Source: Squalus acanthias (Eukaryota). Taken from it: 64,000 nt of DNA. The notes under the pieces were generated by a model, which was given only the letters and a program-made list of their open reading frames with translations, searched no databases and was not told the DNA's origin. Each line of letters opens with the position of its first letter. Position 1 is the stretch's first letter. The stretch covers positions 18,106,001 through 18,170,000 of the forward strand of contig CM059432.1 in assembly GCA_030390025.1 (NCBI GenBank). The letters run 5' to 3'. Shown in pieces: positions 13,244 to 26,512 of the stretch. Position numbers and translations under genes: made by a program.

Positions 13244-13944
13244 ATTTGGATGATCAGCCATGATCTCATTAAATGGCGGAGCAGGCTCGAGGGGCTAAAT
13301 GGCCTACTCCTGCTCCTATCTTCTATGCTTCTATGCTAAGTCAGGATGGGGTGTGGCTTGAAGGGGAACTTGGAGTTGGTGGTTTTCCCATGCGTCTGCT
13401 GCCCTTATCCTTTTAGATGGCAGAGGTTTAGGGTTTGGGAGGTGCTGTCGAAGAAGCCTTAGTGAGTTGTTGCAGTTAATCTCGTAGAAGGTACACACTG
13501 CAGCCAGGTTGCGCTGGTGCTGGAGGGAGTGACTGTTTAAGGTGGTAGATGGGGTCCCAATCAAGTGGACTGCTTTGCACTGGATGGTGTTCAGCTTCTT
13601 GAGTGTTGCTGGAGTTGAACTCATCCAGGCAAGTGAAGAGTATTCCATCACAGTCCTGACTTGTGCCTTGTAGATGGTGGAAAGGCTTTGAGGAGTCAGG
13701 AGGTGAGTCACTCGTCGCAGAATATCCAGCCATTGACCTGCTCTTGTATCCACAGCATTTATGTGGCTGGTCCAGTTAAGTTTCTGGTCAATGGTGAACC
13801 CCAGGATGTTGTTGGGGGATTCGACGATGGTAATGTCTTTGAATGTCAAGGGCCGGTGATTAGACTGTTGGAGATAGTCATTGCCTAGCACTTGTACTTG
13901 CCACTGATCAGCCCAAGCCTGGATGCTGTCCAGGTCTTGCTTTC

Positions 13945-14180
13945 AGCTGCCAAGGCCCTAGCCTCTGGAAATCCCTCCCTAAACCTCTCCGCCTCTCTAC
14001 ATCTCTTTCCTCCCTTAAGACGCTCCTTAAAACCTACCTCTTTTACCAAGCTTTTGGTCATTTGCCTTAAAATCTCCTTGTGTGTCTCAGTGTCAAATTT
14101 TGTTTGATAACGCTCCTGTGAATTGCCTTGGGATGTTTTACTACGTTAAAGGAGCTATATAAATACACGTCGTTGTTGTT
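13945..14180 (+). mobile_element. L2 LINE 3' end
   Basis: Matches the tail of the L2 at 28680-28915; (GTT)n end. Confidence 0.8.
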
Positions 14181-15704
14181 GCGTGCGGACATGGACTGCT
14201 TCATTATCTGAGGAATTACAAATGGAACTGAACACTGTGCAGTCATCAGCGAACATCCCCATTTGTGACCTTATGATGGTGGGAAGGTCATAGATGAAGC
14301 AGTTGAAGATGGTTGGGCCTAGGACACTGTCCTGAGGAACTCCTGCAGCAATGTCCTGGGGCTGAGATGATTGGCCTCCAATAACCACAACCATCTTCCT
14401 TTGTGGTAGGTATGACTCCAGCCAGTGGAGAGTTTTCCCCCTAATTCCCATTGACTTCAATTTTACTAGGGCTCCTCGATGCCACACTCGGTCAAATGCT
14501 GCCTTGATGTCAAGGGCAGTCACTCTCACCTCACCTCTGGAATTCAGCTCTTTTGTCCATGTTTGGACCAAGGCTGAAATGAGGTGTGGAGCAGAGTGGT
14601 CCTGGCGGAACCCAAATTGAGCAACAGTGAGCAGGTTATTGGTGAGTAAGTGCCGCTTGATAGCACTGTCAATAACGCCTTCCATCACTTTGCTGATGAT
14701 TGAGAGTAGAGTGATGGGGCAGTAATTGGCTGGATTCAATTTGTCCTGCTATTTGTGGACAGGACATACCTGGGCAGTTTTCCACATTGTTGGATAGATG
14801 CCAGTGTCATAGCTTTACTGGAACAGCTTGGCTAGAGGCGTGGCTAGTTCTGGAGCACAAGTCTTCAGCATGACAGCCGGAATGTTGTCAGGCACATAGC
14901 CTTTGCTGTATCTAGTGCACTCAGCCATTTCTTGATATCGCACGGAGTGAATTGAATTGGCTGAAGACTGGCTTCTGTGATGGTGGGGACTTCAGGAGGA
15001 GGCCGAGATGGATCATCAACTTGGCACTTCTGGCTGAAGATGGTTGCAAACGCTTCAGCCTTGTCTTTTGCACTCACGTGCTGGGCTCTGCCATCATTGA
15101 GGATGGGGATGTTCATGGAGCCTCCTCCTCTCGTTAGTTGTTTAATGGTCCACCACCATTCACGACTGGATGTGGCAGGACTGCAGAGCTTTGATCTGAT
15201 CCATTGTTTGTGGGTTTGCTTAGCTCTGTTTACAGCATGCTGCTTCTGCTGTTTAACATGCATGTAGTCCTGTGTTGTAGCTTCACCAGGTTGGCACCTC
15301 ATTTTCAGGTACACCTAGTGCATGCTCTTCTAAACTCCTCATTGAAGCAGAGTTGGTCATCTAGATTGATGGTAATGGTAGAGTGAGAGATATGCCGGGC
15401 AATGATGCTATAGATTGTGGTGGAATACAATTCTGCTGCTGCTGATGGCCCACAGCGCCTCATGGATACCCAGCTTTGAGCTGCTAGATTTGTTCTGAAA
15501 CTATCCCATTTGGCATGGTGGTAGTGCCAAATAACACGGTGGAGGGTGTCCTCAGAGTGAAGACGGGACTTCGTCTCCACAAGGACTGTGCGGTGGTCAC
15601 TCCTATCAATACCGCCATGGACAGATGCATCTGCAACAGATTGATGAGAATGAGGTCAAGTTGGTTTTTCCCTCGTGTTGGTTTTCTCACCACATGCCGG
15701 AAGA

Positions 15705-16290
15705 TGCCACTAAATGCAAGTGCAATTGTTGATAAAAGTAAGGCATAGCATGTTAAACAGAATGTGGCAGCATAGATAGGAAGAACAGTAAACAGAAGTT
15801 GTGGTTAATGGATGATTTTGGACTGGAGGGATGCAAATAATGACATAACAACCAAATATATGAGCTGGTCTTGGGTATAGGAAGTACAATATCAAAATTA
15901 GCAAGTTACACAAAATTAGGGAGTGTGGTTAACTATTAAGAAGACTGTAAGCAACTTCAAGTCGGTTAGAAGATTGCGCAGATGAAATTTCATGTGGAAA
16001 AATGTGAAGCAATATATTTAGGAAGAAAGAATAAGGGCAGCTCACACATTGAATGAAATATTTTGAAAGGAGATGATGAACAGAGAGAATTAGTGATCCA
16101 GATACATAAAAATGGTTAAAAGACAAGTTGATAAAACTAAAAAAAAGGAAATTATAGGTTTTATAAAGAGGAATATAAAGTACCAAAGTGAAGAGGTAAT
16201 GCTAAACCTGTACAAATCATTGGTTAGACCACAAGTTACAATATTATGTCCTATTTTTGGCATCCTACTGTAGGAAGGATGTCAAGGCCA
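15705..16290 (+). mobile_element. Highly decayed CR1 RT fragment
   Basis: LNLYKSLVRP-like codons near 16200. Confidence 0.55.
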
Positions 16291-16849
16291 CACGTCTTTT
16301 CTAAGCATTAGTTGTGTTAACACATGCATCCAAGATGTTTAGACAACCAGAGCTACAAGAGGAATTGACTGTCAGACAGGCTCCCTATTTAAAACAAACA
16401 AAAATCTTACTTGTCATTGCAGTCATCATTGTAGGCAAATTAGAGATAGAATGTGAAATGGGTCCAGAATCACACAGTGCAACATAAGCCAAATGAAAAT
16501 TTATCATCATTGGTGTCTTGAACAGCACACAGGGAGCTGAGGCCAAGTGGAATGAGTTAAAGAGGCCTGCAAAGTAGCATTGGACACAATCAGTCATGTT
16601 CAACCACACCAACAAGACAATGCAAACAATACAGAATGTCTCAGCAGAGAGGAGATTAGCATATCTCAGCTGGTTAAGTGACAAGACCCTGCTTAATAAG
16701 ATGCAGCACAGACGTCATAAGATATGAAATGAGTGGGGGGTAAAGAAGGAAGATAAGATCTAGATATTTGCAGAGAAAAGCGACTTTAAGAAACTTCAAT
16801 GAGGCTTTTGTGATGCCGTTTGTTTTTATATAGTGCTTTTAACGGAAGG

Positions 16850-18060
16850 GAGTAACCCATACGAGTAAGAAAAACGAGTGCCCAAGTCAGGAAGAGAAAG
16901 ATGGCTGAATGTACCCTCTTTGTTGACCTCACAAAAACATTTGACCTGTTTAGTAGGGAGGTTCTTTGGAAGCTGCTGTCACAATTTGGGTGCACAAAAG
17001 TTTATCAAGATCTTGTGCGGACATGTGCTAGATAAATTAGTGGTCATTGGGGGGAATCTTCCAAACTTTACCCGATCTCCAACATCATGAAGCAAAGCTG
17101 CTTCCTCACAATATTTTAGAATCTTCCATGGCCAATGAGAGCACTACAGACATGAACAAGAAGGTGCACATCTTGTTCTGCACTGAAAGAAAATGATTCA
17201 TTCAATGGAGGTCCGAGGCCAAGGGACAATTTCAAGGAAGAAATCATTCAGGAACTAGTCTTCGCTGACTAATGGGCTCTTCCTGTCAATATAGAAAAGG
17301 ATATAAAATATAATATTGACAGTTTTACAAGGCAATTTGGTCTCATGTTACGCCTGAAGGAAACAGAACTCTTAAAAACCATTCTCCAGCAGCATTGAGG
17401 GTACTATAATGACCCCAGTGATATGGTTAACCTGTAATGTCCATCGAAGAAATATTAAACTCAGTAGTTCAAAACATATCAAGACGGCCAAAAATAAAAC
17501 CAGAAAATGCTGGATAACGCTCAGCAGGTCAGGCAGCATTTGCCTTTAGTAGACTTAGAAAAACTAAAGTCAAAGGTTATCATGCTAATAGCACTGTGCT
17601 ATATTGTGAAACTTGGATGGAGTATTGTGAGTGTATCAAGGAACTAGTGAGGCTCTATGAGGTGCCTCTGCACCTTTCTTAACATAAAATGGCAGGACAA
17701 GGTCCGTAACACTGACATTTTGTCCAGGAACCACTAGGAATTAGACTATGCTGGTGATGGCACAAATAATGTAGACCAGGATGTGATAAAATTCCGTAGG
17801 ACTGTACTGTACTCGGAGCGGAAGGAAGCAAACCCACCACCGCCACCCCACCACCCCACACCCCCCCCCCACCCTTCCCTCATGTGGTGGCCAGTAGAGA
17901 TGCATCAAAGACACTGAAATGGAATTTGAGGCTTTTCAAAATACAGCTTGACTCTTGGGGAGTCACAGCTAAGGACAGTATGAGATGACTGCAGCCTATG
18001 ATGTAGTTCAGCAATTTGAAGAAACCAGAATTGGGCAACATCAAGACCAAGTCCGAATTC
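16850..18060 (+). mobile_element. Decayed RTE/BovB-like LINE
   Basis: FVDLTKTFD..SRE.LWKLL..FGC near 16920; LVFAD near 17255; AFSRL and YCETW-like codons downstream; boundaries approximate. Confidence 0.65.
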
Positions 18061-19314
18061 CAGAACATTGAATTGCAGTTGGAGCATGCAGGTGCCATTT
18101 CCTGCTGTGATGTATGGGAGAGCCTGCAGTGCCCAGCTTCTTTTGGTGCAGGATCAGTTTTGCAACAGATTAATGGCTAACCTGTTTTGCCGCCATCATG
18201 ATTAATATGACTACGGTGATAATGGTGAACATTATTCTTTATTTCGGCGCAACAATATTTCAGCTTTCATACAGTAACTGATGTTACTCATGGGGAGAGG
18301 CGATAGTGACATTGGCATTGCAGTGGTGGCAACGAGGGCACATTATGAGCAGAGAGGGGTCAAAGGTTGCTTGGAGAGTGAGGAAAAATGACATGCATAA
18401 GAACAGTGTTGAGGGGCACAGAGTTAGCCGGTGTTGAAGGGCAAGAAGAGTAGGAGCTCTGGAAATGTAGCAGAAAGCAAGCCCAACTGCTAGAAAGGAG
18501 AAGATTATGGTGAATGCATGGTGAGATGTAATGGGTGATTTTATTGATAAATTTTGTGTTTGTGTTTCAGAATTCTTGAATTTTGTTTGTGTTTGTTATG
18601 TTAGGGCTTTAAAGGTTGGGCTGGTAAGCAGCAATATGACCAATGGCAACTTTTCCTGTTGGTCTATATCCGAGTGAACCATATGATTATTTGAATCGGT
18701 CAGAGAGGAGTGACATTTGAAGTTTGGAGAATGCTATACACGAAACTTTCAATGATGTCAAAAGATATCACAATGGCATTACCCACTGTAAAGTTTAAAA
18801 ATGAAAGACACAGAAAAATGAATGAAAAGAAACCCCAATATAAGGCAAAGTAGAGCAGAGAGCACAGATACAGTGGCCAGAGCAGAGTAAAGCCACAGCG
18901 AAAGAAAATAGGGAATGGAAGAGAAAATAAATACCGAACATGAACAGGAACACACACAGGCAAACGGATTTTTGTTGTACCATCAGAGTTCCAAGAAATA
19001 GTGTGACAGACTTGAGCGATAAACTCAAATCAGATAGACATCTCCTGTGCTATGTTCATTTTCGTTTGATGTCATGTCTTCTACCTCCGAGATGTGGCTG
19101 TGCTTGTTATTTTATATCTTCAAATTTGTTTCCTGTCTTGCACTCTTGACAGAATTAGCTCTTCTGTGCAGAGTTTTTCTCTGTTCCCTTTCCAGATCGA
19201 GTTCCGTTGTTTTGTTCCCCTCTCTTTAATCTTTCCCAGCTGCACTCAAGTTTACCTTTCACTCTGCTGTTTATTTTTAAAGAAAACATTATACTGCTCT
19301 CTTTTGGTTTTCCA

Positions 19315-19930
19315 GCTCAGTTGGTAGGATTCTCGCCTCTAAATTAGAATGTTGTGAGCTCAAACCTTAAGCACATAATCATTAATCTAGACTGGTGTTC
19401 CAATGTAGTACAAAGGGAATTCCGCATAGTTGGAGGTCTTGTCTCTCAGCTAAGATGTAAAATCAAGGCTTGTTTTTCTATTCCAATGTTAAAAATCCTA
19501 TGGCGTTGTTCAAAGAAGAGCTGGGGTCTCCTGGCGTGCTAACCAATATTCCTCCCACTGCTAACAACAGATTAACAGACCCTTGTGAAAAATAGCAACT
19601 GCATTTACTTTCCTAACAACAGCCACTGCATCAAAAATGCCATTCATTGTATATGAAGCATTTTGAGACATTTCTGAGATAAGAGATGAGGAGAATTTTT
19701 TTTATGCAGTGAGTTTTTGTGATCTGGAATGCACTGCCTGAAAGGGTGGTGGAAGCAGATTCAATAATAACTTTCAAAAGGGAAATGGATAAATACTGGA
19801 AGGGGGAACATTTGCAGGGCTATGGGAAAATGGCAGGGGAATCTGACTAATTGGATAGCTCTTTCAAAGAGCCGACAAAGGCACAAGGGGCCAAATGGCC
19901 TCCGTCTGTGCTGTATCATTCTATGATTCT
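19315..19930 (+). mobile_element. Decayed Deu-SINE followed by a CR1 3' end (about 19680-19930)
   Basis: GCTCAGTTGGTAG A-box-like motif; TGGAATGCACTGCC...ATTCTATG tail. Confidence 0.6.
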
Positions 19931-20298
19931 ATTATTGACTCCTGCTCTAACAAACTCTTTACCAGGACCTCAAAACAGTGGATGTGCCTTCTCTTCTTCC
20001 GATAATTTGCTAAACTAGGGGCTGGATTTTGTCATGGGGGCGGGCTGGGGGTGTGTCAGGTGGTCGTCGTGTCAGGACCCTGCCTCCGATGTGAGGCGGG
20101 ACAAATGAGCGATTTTGCCCTAATTGGCCACTTGATTTCCAGCGTGTGGGAACCCCTGGCCCAATGAGTATTTTGATGCTGCAACTCGCCTCCGATGACG
20201 TCATCAATGCTGCTGCATTTAAGGCCTGCAAGCAGCCTTGGTTCTTTTTCAGCCTTTCAGCTTGAACATAATACTTCTGAGGGATTCGTGCAAAAACC

Positions 20299-22204
20299 GT
20301 GTCAGGCACCAGACCAAAGTGTGCACCCCGATTTGATGAGAACTTCCTCCAAGCTCTGGTGGAGGGAGCAAGAGCAAATAAGGAAGTGCTGTTTCCTTCT
20401 TCAGGGAGGAAAAAGCCTCCACAACAGACCAAAGCTGTGTGGCTGCAAGTGGCACAGGAGGTGAATGCCATTTCAATGTGCAGCAGAACCTGGCTGCAGT
20501 GCAGAAAGAGGTTTCATGACCTTCTCCACACAGGAAAAGTGAGTGTTCCATCCCCATGACCCTCAATCTGATCCCCATCGCCTCTCATCACCAGCACTCT
20601 GCTTTGTCAACCTCCTCCTCCACATACCACTTGACCTTTACATCTCTGCGCCCTTAACCATTCCCTCTCTCTGTATGTTCAGATTCACTTAACTATTTGA
20701 CTATGCAGCCCTCACACTCCCCATCACTGTGATGCAATGACAACAACCTACAACACACAGGGAGGGCCCTTGGTCTTGGCACCTCACTCCATCTTTGTGT
20801 CCTTCTAAGCACCTATGCTATGGATTCTCTACACTCACTCCTTCATTCTCACTCAAACTTCACTTGTGTCCCTCATTGCAGGAAAAGAGAGCCCACAATA
20901 AGAGGGAGAGGGTGAGGACAGGAGGAGGGCCACCCTCAATAGCCCAGCACACCACTGCAGAGGAGGAGGCCCTGGAGATCGTGGGAGTGGAGGAGGATGC
21001 GCAAGTGAGGGACAGACAGACGGGCGCATCAGAGCAAGCTGGTGACAGAATAGTTTTTCATCTCTCTCATTGACATTGCAGGAGTGACTGATATTGATTC
21101 TGATGCTCTAACAGATTGACTTATGATCATCTGCACAATTCAATGTGCATGCAACGTTTATCTCACATGTCTATCTCTTTCCTTTACTCCCCCACAGGAC
21201 CATTGACAGCCCCCATCCCTACTGTCCAGGAGGAACAGCCTGAGCCCCCCGAATCCTCAGAGGAAGCTGAAACCTCTGAGGGTGCAGCGTCAGCAGAATT
21301 AAGCACACCCAGCACCAGCGCAGACACTCACACCTCGGTGGGACCTTTGGGACATAGAGTAGAGTTGTCACCTGGTGTATCACAGCTCACAAGTGAGCAT
21401 CAGCAGCTGGTGGAGACAGGGACAGCAGTGGAGAGTCCTCATCGGAGGGCGCGGGACTCTGCCAGCTCGACTCCGCTGCATGTCGATCCAGTGCCTCCGG
21501 GTCCATCCAGAAGGAGAGCGGTACTGGAACTCCAGGAACAGGTGCAGGAGTCTCTGGCAGGTTTTGTCTCCAGGGTCGCTGCGAGTGTGGAGCGAATGGA
21601 AGAGTCCATCGCTAACATGAGCAGGGCATTTGTGGAGGCGTTGGCACATGAACGCATCACCACGGAAAGGATGGCAACCTCCATGGTAAGGCTGGCTACC
21701 GTAGAGGAGAGGATGGCTACCGTAGAGGAGAAGATGGCTACGGCCATGGAGGAGCTAAGTTGCCAGGGTCTTGAAAATATGGTCATTGTTCAGAATAGAC
21801 TGACATCTCTTGAGGAGCGATGGTCAGCTATTGAGCAGAGAAACCAGACCTTCATGGTAGTCCTCTGGAGTAGGACTTCCAGTGCAGAAACGGGTCCTCG
21901 TGGCCCCCCTGAAGTGCAGCAAGGTGCTGTCAAGCCACTTGCTAGCTCTGAAGTGGGGCTGACCCATAAGAGGGATATTGGTGGCAGAGAACAAGGAAGT
22001 GGGGGCTCCTCTCCAAGTGCTCACACGACCATGCCACTACTGAGCCCTCGGTCAGATCCCCACCAGAGTCCTCACCCAACTGAGATCGGCATCTCAACCC
22101 CTGCACAGCCGCAGGAGCAGCAGACTGTCAGCCGAGCCCTCACAGGCTCGCAACCCCAGAGGACGCCCGCCAAAGGTGTCGAGGCAGGAGCAGCAAGAAA
22201 GTGA
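20299..22204 (+). CDS. Harbinger Myb/SANT-like protein; exons about 20299-20538, 20882-21041, 21198-22204
   Basis: APRFDEN...W..VA..VNA...RTWLQCRKRFHDL; GT-AG junctions preserve frame (GK|EKRAHNK; G|GA); coiled-coil third exon; begins with GTG and probably has a C-terminal frameshift. Confidence 0.75.
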
Positions 22205-22543
22205 GCAAGGGGCCTCCACATCTGCTGAAGCCACAGGGGAAGCACCATATAGGAGCACGCGTAAGAGGAAGATAAAGCACAAATAGTCACAAGGGTAGTC
22301 ACTTGGGTGTTCTGTTGTGTTTATTTTTGAAAAGCCATCCGTGACTTTGTGATAAAAAAAACTTGATGGCAAATTGTTGAAGTTGTGGCCTGTGTCATTT
22401 CGCAAATGAGACTTCCACATTGAGGGCTTAGGACGACTTGCAATTGTCAGTATGGTGGTCAGAGTGATAGGAATCCGCAGGTTCTTGGCCATTTTCAATG
22501 CTCTGGTAAGAAGGTGCGAGGCAAAAGTGTTTGATTGGGCAGG

Positions 22544-23796
22544 CTAAGCAAATCTGCCCAAGATGAGTGCGTGCCTTGCATCCCAGGCAGCAATGTGCTC
22601 GCGTACTGCTGGCTCTGGTTGATGCGCCTCCGCAAGCTGTTCGTTGTCGCTCTCCTCCCCCTCCTCCTCCTCCTCCTCCTCCTCATCTGAGGAGGCTATG
22701 CGATGAGCCACTTGTACCTCAGGCAGCTGCAAGCCACGATGCTGTGCCATGTTGTGAAGTGCACAGCAGACCACGACCATTCTAGAGACCCTGGCTGCTG
22801 AGTACTGCAGGGCTCCACCTGATCTATCAAGGCATCTGAATCGCATCTTCAGCAAGCTGATGGTTTGCTCGATTATGGATCTGGTGGAAATATGACTGGA
22901 GTTGTAGCTCTCCTCAGCTTTGTTGGATGGGCTCCTCAACGGCGTCATTAGCCACGTCTTCAGCAGATAGCCCTTGTCTCCAAGTAGCCATCCGAAAAGT
23001 TGGTCTGGCGGATTGAAGAGCGGAGGCACACTAGACTGGTGCAGGATGAAGGAGTCATGGCAACTGCCAGGGTACTTGGCGCAAACATGCAAAATTTCCT
23101 TCTGTGGTCACACACCAGCTGCACGTTGAGGGAGTGGAAGCCCTTGCGGTTGACAAAAATACCTGGATTGTGATGGGGTGCCTTAAGGGCCACATGTGTG
23201 CAGTCAACGACGCCCTGCACCCTTGGAAAGCCTGCCAGATTAGCAAATCCAACCGCACGTGCAGTTACACTTGCTTGATCTTTGGAGAAGTTGATGTAAT
23301 TGTGCGCGTTGGCAAAGAGGGCATCGGTTACCTGCGTGATGCGTGTGCTGCCGCCTGGGAGACGCCGCTGATGTCTGCTGTTGATCTCTGGAATGAGCCT
23401 GAAGCAAAAAATGTTGAGTGCGGTGGTGACTTTGACGGCCACTGGTAAGGGGTGTCCACCCGCTCCTCTGGGCTCCAGGTCTTGGTGCAGCATTGCGCAG
23501 ATGTCACCCACTACCTCTTGCGAAAGTCGGAGCCTCCTTTGGCACTGCTGCTCAGTCATGTTGAGGTAGCTCATCCTCTGTCTGTAGACTCTGTCTTGGG
23601 GGTATCTCCTGCGGCGACGTGCTTCCATGCGCTGGCGCCTTCTGGCCTGTGCAACTTCAGATGGGTGAGCAGCAGCTTGACGCTCCTGTTGTTGCTCCTG
23701 CTGTTGGTGCTGCTGTTGTTCAGGGTTCTGCTGCTGCCGTGGCTGGTCTTCATCCGAATCTGATGTCCAGGAGGAAAGGAAATAAATGGTTCCCAT
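22544..23796 (-). pseudogene. Harbinger DDE transposase (HARBI1-like), frameshifted
   Basis: [58 protein letters not shown]. Confidence 0.9.
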
Positions 23797-24021
23797 GCTT
23801 CTGGTATATACCTCAGTTGAGGAAGCGCTCAGTCAAGGTGGGGAGAGGGGTTTCCCAGGAGGTCACACTGGAGATGGGTGTCAGGCTCCAAACTTTCACA
23901 ACAATGAGTAGGCCTGCTAAAAGTTCTCCCAGACCTGAGACAACAAAGTTCTGCCACTTGCAAATGATCATTGCTGAAAACTCCTTTTTACTGGTGGAGC
24001 TGCAGCTGTTAGTAAGCCATC

Positions 24022-24448
24022 CATAGAAACATAGAAACATAGAATCTAGGAGCAGGAGTAGGCCATTCGGCCCGTCGAGCCTGCTCCGCCATTCAATACG
24101 ATCATGGCTGATCATCCAAATCCAGTACCCTGTCCCTGCTTTAATCCCCACAGTACACATATCCCACCCTACCCCCGTAACCCCACGTATTTAATTCCCC
24201 CTAACATATCCCATCCTATCCCCATAACCCCACATATTTAATCCCCCCTAACACTAAGGGTCAATTTATCATAGCCAAATCAACCTAACCCACACATTTT
24301 TGGACTGTGGGAGGAAACCGGAGCACCCGGAGGAAACCCACGCAGACACGGGGAGAATGTGCAAACTCCACACAGACAGTCACCCGAGGTCAGATTCGAA
24401 CCCGGGTCTCTGGCGCTGTGAGGCACCAGTGCTAACCACTATGCCACC
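24022..24448 (-). mobile_element. HE1-type V-SINE with CR1-derived tail
   Basis: tRNA-like head, V domain GTGGAGTTTGCACATTCTCCCCGTGTCTGCGTGGGTTTCCTCCGGGTGCTCCGG, (TTTCTATG)n tail. Confidence 0.9.
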
Positions 24449-25299
24449 ACTTGTGAGATCGCCAGGATTAACTGGCGTGTTCCAGCGGAGACGTGCAGCA
24501 CGGGGGAAATGTGTTTAACTCATAAAGGCCTCTCAAAATGTGATTATAGAGGCACTTAACTGGTTGTTAAGGGCATTAAGGGCCTATCCCGCCTCTTGGA
24601 GGCGGGATGGAAACGAGGTCTGAAACCCCAATTTTGGGGAAATTGCTCGGAGGTGGGCTGGAGGCGGGATCGGATTCGCCCGCCATTTTTTGCGATTCTA
24701 ACACCTCACACGCCTCCAAACCTGCCTCCTCGGGCCTGGCAAAATCGAGCCCTAGGTGTCAACTAACCACTATTTCCCATTTTATCTTATCTGCTACCCT
24801 ACGTTTAATTTGATGTTTTCATGTACTATGTGCCTTGGCCCTTTACCTAAACAAAAAAAATGAATAAAGCAATATCATAGCAAGAACAGAATTTATGTCT
24901 ACCCCTTCTTTAGATTCATTGTCCTAAAGTGCACAGATGCTGGAAGTGGCTTTGTGCTGTGCAGATGAAATTCTGTACCAACACTACGGGCAAATGCAAA
25001 CTACTCTACACATTCAGATTAAGTCATACATTTCTTATGTGTTTAGAGCAATTAGTCTCATTGAAAATGGCAGAGGCAGCCTGCATATGTTCCAGGATGG
25101 AAACGAAGGATGACATTGGCTCTGAAAGGAATAAGGAGGCTTTATACCGGGCATAGAGAATTCATTCTGTGTAACTTCTGCAAAGGACACGAGGAGATGT
25201 ACCACTGTGAACTAAAAGTTCAAGTTCAAAAATGCTCACTGTGAACTATCCCACTATTGATCTGCTTACTCAATGGGCCTTCCAAGATTGAAAGCAATG

Positions 25300-25730
25300 G
25301 GTACGGTAGTGTAGTGGTTATGTTACCTGACTAGCAATACAGAGGCCTCGACTAACAAGAACGTGAGCTCATATCCCATCCTGACAGTTTGAGAACTTGA
25401 ATTCAGTTTAACAAAAAATAAAAAAGCTGATATCAAAGTGACTGAGGTATTTGTAAAAACCCAACTGGTTCACTTTAGGGAAGGAAACCTACTGTCCTTA
25501 CTTGGTCTACCTGTACGTAACTCCAGTCTCATACTGACGTGGTTGACTCTTAACTGCCCTCTGAAGAGGCCTAGCAAGCCGCTCAGTTGTATCAAACTAC
25601 TACAAAGAATAACACCACAAGGTTCAAGAAGAAGACCCACCATCACCTTCTCAGGGCAGCTTGGGATGGGCAACAAATGCCGGCCTCGCCAGCAATGCCC
25701 ACATGCCGAACGTGAATTTAAACTAAAATG
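25300..25730 (+). mobile_element. tRNA-derived SINE carrying the 3' tail of the Zenon-like LINE
   Basis: GGTAGTGTAGTGGTTATG head; tail GGTTCAAGAAG...GATGGGCAACAAATGC matches the reverse complement of about 5960-6040. Confidence 0.6.
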
Positions 25731-25864
25731 ACTGGACCAATAGTTAAATAAAAAATATGGTTCTTCAGCTTTAACAGTAGGAAGTATGAATTTACAGGTA
25801 CGAAAGCTTAATATTCGCCTGCAAGTAAAATGCAATTTGTGAAAAGGAGTGACAGAGCAAAGTT

Positions 25865-26035
25865 TTTTTTTTCCTTGCGTCATGACCCTTGCTCTACTAA
25901 CATCTATCTTCTCCACACACTCCCTTGATGCCTATGTCAGTTTGATTGTGGGATCTGGAATAGTACCACGATCCTCCCTCATAAAGAGAACAGTGAAGAA
26001 CTCATTCAGAGATTCAGCCATGCCCTTATCGGCAA
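25865..26035 (-). mobile_element. Ancient CR1 ORF2 fragment
   Basis: Minus frame reads GMAESLNEFFTVLFMRED, like the CR1 MAxxLNxYFxSVFTxED motif. Confidence 0.5.
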
Positions 26036-26512
26036 GGTTTAATTTGCAGAATTCACAGGGGACTGTGTATTGTGTACAGTAGACTTTGAAATGCAGCCAA
26101 AGTAGACAAAGCTGGAGAAATACTGCAGCTGTGGTCTAGTTAATGTAGGACAGTGACAGAGATAATGCGTCTTGAAACTTTACATCTTGTGTCACTTCTT
26201 TAGTCCTTAGGGCTACCGTACCATTAAAAAAAACAATGGATTAGTAAAGATATTTGATAAGTAAACATTATAAACCTCATGGGTGATCATTTGGTATATA
26301 TGTTTTAGATTGGTGGTCCTAGCGCAGTGAGCTCTGTGAGGATCGCTGTATTGTGAAACTTTCTGCTGCAGTGCTTTCGTTTTTTTCTGAAAGGTATTTA
26401 TTATTTCCCTGGTTTATTGATCCTTGTGTATTTTCCTAGGCCATGTACCATATTTACATTTCATAATGAAACAAATTGATGTGCAGTAACAACATTCCAA
26501 AAATGTAACTTA

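Larger units (their letters stand above)
8788..13336 (+). mobile_element. Near full-length CR1 LINE (HER1-like) with ORF1 and ORF2
   Basis: Tandem-repeat 5' UTR, esterase ORF1, APE-RT ORF2, (TTCTATGC)n tail. Confidence 0.95.
8580..15700 (-). mobile_element. Zenon/L2B-like LINE interrupted by a CR1 (8788-13336) and an L2 tail (about 13945-14180)
   Basis: Minus-strand ORF pieces 13331-13891, 14155-14739, 14865-15314, 15305-15693 (PTRGKNQLDL endonuclease motif, FADD); sequence rejoins as TTTCCAAG|TCAGGATGG across the CR1. Confidence 0.85.
20019..24752. mobile_element. Complete two-gene PIF/Harbinger transposon with a nested HE1 SINE
   Basis: 16-bp TIRs GGGCTGGATTTTGTCA / TGGCAAAATCGAGCCC (2 mismatches); 3-bp TSD TAG at 20016-20018 and 24753-24755; convergent Myb and transposase genes. 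Confidence 0.92.

Noticed and set aside
22544..23796. Domesticated HARBI1 host gene
   Set aside because: Frameshifted and enclosed by TIRs and a TSD with a partner Myb gene.
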